64,000 nt of DNA, from IMG/VR virus record IMGVR_UViG_3300028805_000065, positions 10,988 to 74,987 of that record; one strand, written 5' to 3'. This document shows positions 59,750 through 64,000 of this stretch, piece after piece. Within the stretch, counting starts at the first letter, position 1. Each line of letters opens with the position of its first letter. The notes beneath the pieces are model-generated. The model was not told the origin of the DNA. It made no database searches and was given only the letters and a program-made list of their open reading frames with translations. The position numbers and the translations under genes are program-made. Origin of the DNA: a virus (lineage: Duplodnaviria; Heunggongvirae; Uroviricota; Caudoviricetes).

Positions 59750-60160
59750 TTAAATCTTTTTAAAATATTTACCAAAGGTATTTGGTATAATTTCGTATTC
59801 AATATCCATCATTGTGTCCCACCAAAAATGTGGGTTACCTAACATATGGCTAGGCGGATAACCAGTTTCCGCATTCTCAATAACCATCATCGTATCATAT
59901 GTACCCGTTGTATAATTGACATCGTCATTTATTTCAATCATACCAATACCGCCAGTTGCTGTCGGTTGAAAATGTGGGGCAGATGCACTAGACCCAAGTT
60001 GCCCGGTTCTATTATATAATACTGGTTCTGGTGACTCATAAAATCTATCTAAATACTTTGAAAGTCTTATAAGAGATAATTCTTGCGCTTCTTGCGTAGC
60101 AAGACGAACCTTATCTATGACTCCTTTTTCAAGACTTGCCCAATCTGTATAAACCATCAA
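59750..60160 (-). CDS. hypothetical tail-module protein
   Basis: P..Y.RTGQL motif; located between MTP and TMP. Confidence 0.7.
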   Translation of the reverse strand: MMVYTDWASLEKGVIDKVRLATQEAQELSLIRLSKYLDRFYESPEPVLYNRTGQLGSSASAPHFQPTATGGIGMIEINDDVNYTTGTYDTMMVIENAETGYPPSHMLGNPHFWWDTMMDIEYEIIPNTFGKYFKKI

Positions 60161-60873
60161 CCATCACTTTCTTTCTTAAAAGCAAGAACGTTCCTTGCAT
60201 TATAATCCTTTTCAAGTTCCTCGTTTCGTTTCTTAAGTTCTTCGATTTGTTTATTCTTTGCATCGATAATTTCCTGAGAAGCCTTGTCAACATCAAATTT
60301 CGCCGCATCCTTAATAACTTTAGCAAGATTCTTTTCAGTTAATTCAAAATCACTAGACTTTATTTTATCTATAATTTCCTTTGATGCCTCAATATCTTCT
60401 TTACTAATATTACCTAAATCAAGTTTTACAAGATTACCAAGCGCAATATCTAAATCATTAATAAAATTGCCAAACTCATTTATTCTTGCTGTAATATCTC
60501 CAATGTTTTTCGCAATTGTTTCAAGAGCATCTGCGCCGTGAATCATTCTTTGCTTTTTATAATCAACAACTTCCTTGACGTTTTCCCTAATAATATTCAT
60601 TATCTTCGCTTGCTCAGAAAAACGCTCATCGCCATAAAACCTATTAATAAGCTTCTTTACATCCTCAAGTTCACAAATTACAAACAGAGAATCGCCATCT
60701 TCAAACTCTATACCATCTATAAAATATTGAACAATAGCCATTCTCTCTGCAAATCTCTGATAATATGGACTATACGTTCCACCAATAAAACATGCGTTTG
60801 AAATATATTCAATAACCTCTGCGATAGTATCAGGAGCAATATTTTCTTTAATATTCAGTTCTGTAATCTTCAT
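60157..60873 (-). CDS. hypothetical tail-module protein (possible chaperone)
   Basis: AAAGGA RBS; helical, coiled-coil C-terminus. Confidence 0.7.
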   Translation of the reverse strand: MKITELNIKENIAPDTIAEVIEYISNACFIGGTYSPYYQRFAERMAIVQYFIDGIEFEDGDSLFVICELEDVKKLINRFYGDERFSEQAKIMNIIRENVKEVVDYKKQRMIHGADALETIAKNIGDITARINEFGNFINDLDIALGNLVKLDLGNISKEDIEASKEIIDKIKSSDFELTEKNLAKVIKDAAKFDVDKASQEIIDAKNKQIEELKKRNEELEKDYNARNVLAFKKESDG

Positions 60874-60915
60874 ATCCTTTTCCTCTCTTTCTTTATGCGC
60901 ATTTCTCGCATTAAT

Positions 60916-61398
60916 TCATTTTATGCAGAACGCCTCGCATATATTAATTGCGTCCGCCTCATCGTCACTTATATCTAATTTATACTTCTGTAAAACATGA
61001 TTAACTGAATCAGCTTTTACTTTCTTTCTATTCGAATTCTTTATTCCAACTAACTTACGCCAAGTAGCACAAGCCATCTCTGTGTAATTTATATTATTTG
61101 ATAAACAGTAATAAAATACTGCACCTATAATCCTAGATAATTTTCTTGTAGTGTCAGCATTTCTTGTAGACGGCATTTGTTCAATAACTACATCATCTGG
61201 GGATTTATCAAATATCAAAGTAGTAATTGAAAAACACATTTTCTTTATTCTGTCTTCAGCATTTTTATTTTTGCTTAAATCTATTACTCCGCTTTCAGCG
61301 TATTTACCGTTAACAAACAACGCCCATCCAGTTTTATTTGATGATGTATCAAGCGCTAACACTTTCCATTTTTTCTTTTTAGCCATAATATTTACCAT
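60916..61398 (-). CDS. RuvC-like Holliday junction resolvase
   Basis: VLALDTSS.KTGW, VVIEQ, W...VG, K...K, DDEADAI (RuvC acidic tetrad). Start may be 61386. Confidence 0.88.
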   Translation of the reverse strand: MVNIMAKKKKWKVLALDTSSNKTGWALFVNGKYAESGVIDLSKNKNAEDRIKKMCFSITTLIFDKSPDDVVIEQMPSTRNADTTRKLSRIIGAVFYYCLSNNINYTEMACATWRKLVGIKNSNRKKVKADSVNHVLQKYKLDISDDEADAINICEAFCIK

Positions 61399-61400
61399 TG

Positions 61401-61498
61401 AAGAGAGTGGGGCAGAGTGTTCTGCAATTCTCTACCCTCTTTGTAACGATTGTCCCCTCGCCAATGAGCAGAACGGGATCATTAGCAAGGACACAATC
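61401..61498 (-). ncRNA. putative structured RNA: two hairpins with a 7-bp kissing loop
   Basis: 20-position P1 (one G.G mismatch, three G.U); 8-bp P2 plus extension; loop GUUCUGC complementary to loop GCAGAAC. Confidence 0.7.
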
Positions 61499-61712
61499 AT
61501 GTTAACTCACCCTTTTTCCACAACTTGTATAGTTCCTTTGTTTCTTCTCTCCAAAAGACGAACACAAAAATATTGTCCGTCTTGCTAAAAAGCACGTCAG
61601 CCAAATGACACCCATGCGACGCATATAACTTGGCTTGCTTTAAATCTTTGACAAGAACCACATCCTCAATTCTATAATTAATGGCTTTTGTCATCACTTG
61701 TGATTCTTTCAT
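61497..61712 (-). CDS. small hypothetical protein (DUF5659-like)
   Basis: GGAGAGGT RBS; VFVF..EETKELY..W. Confidence 0.7.
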   Translation of the reverse strand: MKESQVMTKAINYRIEDVVLVKDLKQAKLYASHGCHLADVLFSKTDNIFVFVFWREETKELYKLWKKGELT

Positions 61713-61735
61713 ACCTCTCCTTTGCCTCAAGATGT

Positions 61736-61783
61736 AAAAAATGGGAAAACAATAAACGACTAGTGTCTACTCCTTTCCCATAA
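61736..61783 (-). terminator. probable terminator hairpin
   Basis: ATGGGAAA...TTTCCCAT inverted repeat with a U-tract on the - strand. Confidence 0.55.
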
Positions 61784-61791
61784 ATCACGCA

Positions 61792-62130
61792 TTATTTTTT
61801 CCACTTGACATTCTTCTTGTTATTGTTCGCCTTAACATTATTAGCAATGTCGTTCTTAATTTGCGGTGGTTTTGCCTTGCTCTTAATCTCAGCTAAAACC
61901 TCTTTAATATTTGGTCTAAAATTCTCAGAACCAGTTAAATCCAATTTGCCAAGTAGACTATTAGCCTTATCGGCATCGATAATCTCATTAACGTAATCAC
62001 GAACTATACAGAAGATTTGATAGTGTTCAGCCGTATCAGTTACCTTTCTCCAACTTTCCTCAGAACTACAATTGCATCTGTGGTATTCAGATCCGCAAAT
62101 ACGGCAAAAAGCATTATTGTAATCTTTCAT
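61792..62130 (-). CDS. hypothetical protein with CxxC-CxC motif
   Basis: CRICGSEYHRCNC; AAGGAG RBS. Confidence 0.75.
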   Translation of the reverse strand: MKDYNNAFCRICGSEYHRCNCSSEESWRKVTDTAEHYQIFCIVRDYVNEIIDADKANSLLGKLDLTGSENFRPNIKEVLAEIKSKAKPPQIKNDIANNVKANNNKKNVKWKK

Positions 62131-62146
62131 ACTTTCTCCTTAATAT

Positions 62147-62174
62147 AAAAGAGTGGGGTAGTTTCCCACCCCAC
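62147..62174 (-). terminator. intrinsic terminator after major tail gene
   Basis: Minus strand GTGGGGTGG-GAAA-CTACCCCAC followed by TCTTTT. Confidence 0.75.
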
Positions 62175-62197
62175 ACTTTATAAAATCAATTCGTGAA

Positions 62198-62992
62198 TTA
62201 CTCGTCCTTTTCAAAGTCGATGAAGAACGCCGCAATCTTCTTATCCTCTGCGTTGCACAGGGAGTTGGACATGGTGTTCCAAGACTGAGACGGTTTGCCA
62301 TCAATTGCGAAGTCGATATCAATAGACGTAACATCCTTCTGCACACGGTAGAATACCCATACACCAGAGAATGTCTCATCGGTGCAGACATCCTTAACCT
62401 TGATATAGATATGGAGTTCACGGATAGGATACTCAGTATCTGTAGCCGCCTCAACAACAGCACCCTTGGTCATAGCCTTTTCATAATTAATCATAGCTGT
62501 GCCCCTAACGCCACTTGCAAACTTAACCTGTTTGCCAGTAACAGTGAAAGTACCATCGCCAGCCGTAGCATCATAGTGATAAAGCTTACCAATAGGGTCG
62601 TCCTCGGTAGTAACACGAACAGTAATATCCTCTGCGCTCACAGGTGTATACGCAAGAGTAACACCAGTAGTTGTGATTGTCTTTGTTTCAGATACAGGAC
62701 GATTAATTGTTGCATTCTCAGTAGCAAACCTCGGAGCAGTACCAAGGTTCTCAGAAATCGTAAGCAGAGACTGAAGAGACTCATCATAGTTAACAGTCAT
62801 CTGTACGTTATTATACAGACTCCAAAGTTCCTGTCCATGAGGGTCAGTAACGGAAGTCTTGTCGGCAGATTTATTAATCGTGAAATTCTCGATAAGGCTC
62901 TCGTGACCAACCATCTCATGAGTGTTGATATCAAAGATCTCAGCCGCATAAGCCTCTACGAATACGAAATTTTTCAAGGTTTCTCTAGCCAT
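62198..62992 (-). CDS. probable major tail tube protein
   Basis: 264 aa, acidic, beta-rich; AGGAGG RBS; followed by a terminator; upstream of TMP. Confidence 0.7.
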   Translation of the reverse strand: MARETLKNFVFVEAYAAEIFDINTHEMVGHESLIENFTINKSADKTSVTDPHGQELWSLYNNVQMTVNYDESLQSLLTISENLGTAPRFATENATINRPVSETKTITTTGVTLAYTPVSAEDITVRVTTEDDPIGKLYHYDATAGDGTFTVTGKQVKFASGVRGTAMINYEKAMTKGAVVEAATDTEYPIRELHIYIKVKDVCTDETFSGVWVFYRVQKDVTSIDIDFAIDGKPSQSWNTMSNSLCNAEDKKIAAFFIDFEKDE

Positions 62993-63035
62993 TTCATTTT
63001 CCTCCTAAATTTTTGCAAATTAAAAAGCCTAGACA

Positions 63036-63905
63036 TTAATCCAGACTTCCTAACCAATTCAATGATTTCTCTTTTTCGCTTGAAGAGAATTTGCTTAAAT
63101 CCACTCCAAAACCAGAATAACCAGATTGAAGTAGAAGATTAGCATTTTTAATTTTCTGCACCCTTGATACAGCATCAAGAAATGCATTGATTTTCATTTC
63201 CCACACATCTAGCCAGCCGTACTTAAAACCCTCAACATTAGTCATAGCACTTATCATATCTAACAAATCAGATTTGTCTTTCCGTGCCAAAGCCTTTGCC
63301 CTGTCACGTAGCGCAAGGCGGACTTCCATTTTACGAGCATTCTTATTGCCGGGCTTCAATTTGTTATATTTGAACTTGTGGGTTTTCCGTATATATTGAG
63401 ACGCTCTAATATAATCTTCTTCTGTGAATATTATCTGTGAATCAATATCATCACAATCTAATCCACATATTTTTAACTTAAAGGTCTCATCACCATACTC
63501 ATCATAATCGTCTGGTGATATAAGATAAGGGTTGCCATCAGGATCTATTCCCTCATAATATGGGTAACCGACAAGATTGATTTTATCATCTTCGTCTTTA
63601 AACGGTATAAGTTTTGTAAAATCAAATCCTTTAAATATAAAGTCGCCAATTTTTTTACCAAAACTTCTATACATACCATACGATGTAAAAAACTCCCAGT
63701 CGCTGATTTTCATAAAGTCAATTCCGCTTTGCTCAAACTCGACTATTAAATCACTGGGTGTACTACAGAACGTACTGACATATCCAAAATACTCCTTTTC
63801 CCCAAACTCTGCGATTTCGCCTAACGTCTTCTGTTCAATTGACAGATATTCATTAACAACGAAATCCTTTCCTCTATATACTTGTAATTCATCTACTTGT
63901 ATCAT
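63036..63905 (-). CDS. hypothetical structural-module protein
   Basis: Long ORF with an ATGA overlap to the upstream gene; function not recognised. Confidence 0.7.
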   Translation of the reverse strand: MIQVDELQVYRGKDFVVNEYLSIEQKTLGEIAEFGEKEYFGYVSTFCSTPSDLIVEFEQSGIDFMKISDWEFFTSYGMYRSFGKKIGDFIFKGFDFTKLIPFKDEDDKINLVGYPYYEGIDPDGNPYLISPDDYDEYGDETFKLKICGLDCDDIDSQIIFTEEDYIRASQYIRKTHKFKYNKLKPGNKNARKMEVRLALRDRAKALARKDKSDLLDMISAMTNVEGFKYGWLDVWEMKINAFLDAVSRVQKIKNANLLLQSGYSGFGVDLSKFSSSEKEKSLNWLGSLD

Positions 63906-64000
63906 GAAATGTATTTATTCATCTCAGCGCACAAATCAATACTCATTTCTTCACCCTCAAAAATCATAGACCTCATCAGCCAATCGGGTTTTGTACATGG
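63902..64000 (-). CDS. 3' end of an upstream gene (partial)
   Basis: Open frame PCTKPDWLMRSMIFEGEEMSIDLCAEMNKYIS* ending in the ATGA overlap. Confidence 0.6.
   Translation of the reverse strand, partial: PCTKPDWLMRSMIFEGEEMSIDLCAEMNKYIS

Noticed and set aside
61401-61498. HDV-like/theta ribozyme
   Set aside because: There is no room for P3/L3 between the candidate P2 and P1 strands, and the topology is loop-loop rather than nested double pseudoknot.
61480-61499. SECIS-like or read-through signal (hairpin starts at a UGA)
   Set aside because: Read-through gives only Leu-Cys-Pro-Cys before a UAA; there is no extended frame.
62140-62463. Programmed frameshift extension of the major tail protein
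   Set aside because: The alternative frame extends only ~19 codons past the MTP stop, reads as non-protein-like sequence, and I saw no clear slippery site.
165-63969. Numerous 60-200 aa ORFs antisense to or nested in the called genes
   Set aside because: No RBS, atypical composition and fully overlapping well-supported genes; treated as shadow ORFs.
1-64000. Stop-codon reassignment (alternative genetic code)
   Set aside because: Long conserved genes (dnaE, nrdD, TMP, Tal) are intact under the standard code, and TAA, TAG and TGA all occur as apparent true stops.

Overview
The whole window is part of a large, AT-rich, temperate siphovirus-type phage genome, probably infecting a Firmicute (gut Clostridia-like host; inferred from strong GGAG/GGGGTG Shine-Dalgarno sites and from GH25/CHAP/SH3 and Cpl-7-like wall-binding domains). 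The + strand (1-24050) carries replication and nucleotide-metabolism genes: DnaE (5' end outside the window), an ERCC4 nuclease, Thg1, IscS, a ThyX-like protein, Gmk, a Grx-NrdD-NrdG-FTR-like cluster, dUTPase, a macrodomain, Pth2, an HD hydrolase and many small accessory ORFs. The - strand (64000 down to 24233) carries the tail module, the lysis cassette, three very large modular fibre/adhesin genes and a tyrosine integrase. The two arms converge on an attP-like site that contains a tRNA 3' end and GTAATCA repeats. Main observations: (1) The tape-measure gene looks broken but is split by a complete 1330-nt group IA2-type intron (52076-53405) carrying a homing endonuclease; splicing restores a 2912-aa ORF. 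(2) A ~100-nt intergenic RNA of two hairpins with a perfect 7-bp kissing-loop interaction sits in the tail operon (61401-61498); I cannot assign it to a known family. (3) The three fibre genes contain five copies of a conserved scaffold whose variable inserts are bounded by near-identical DNA junctions and GC steps, suggesting cassette exchange. (4) Cell-wall/choline-binding-type repeats sit at the TMP C-terminus, and an MBL-fold hydrolase with Cpl-7-like repeats lies beside the endolysin. All product calls come from motif recognition by eye; no database searches were run.
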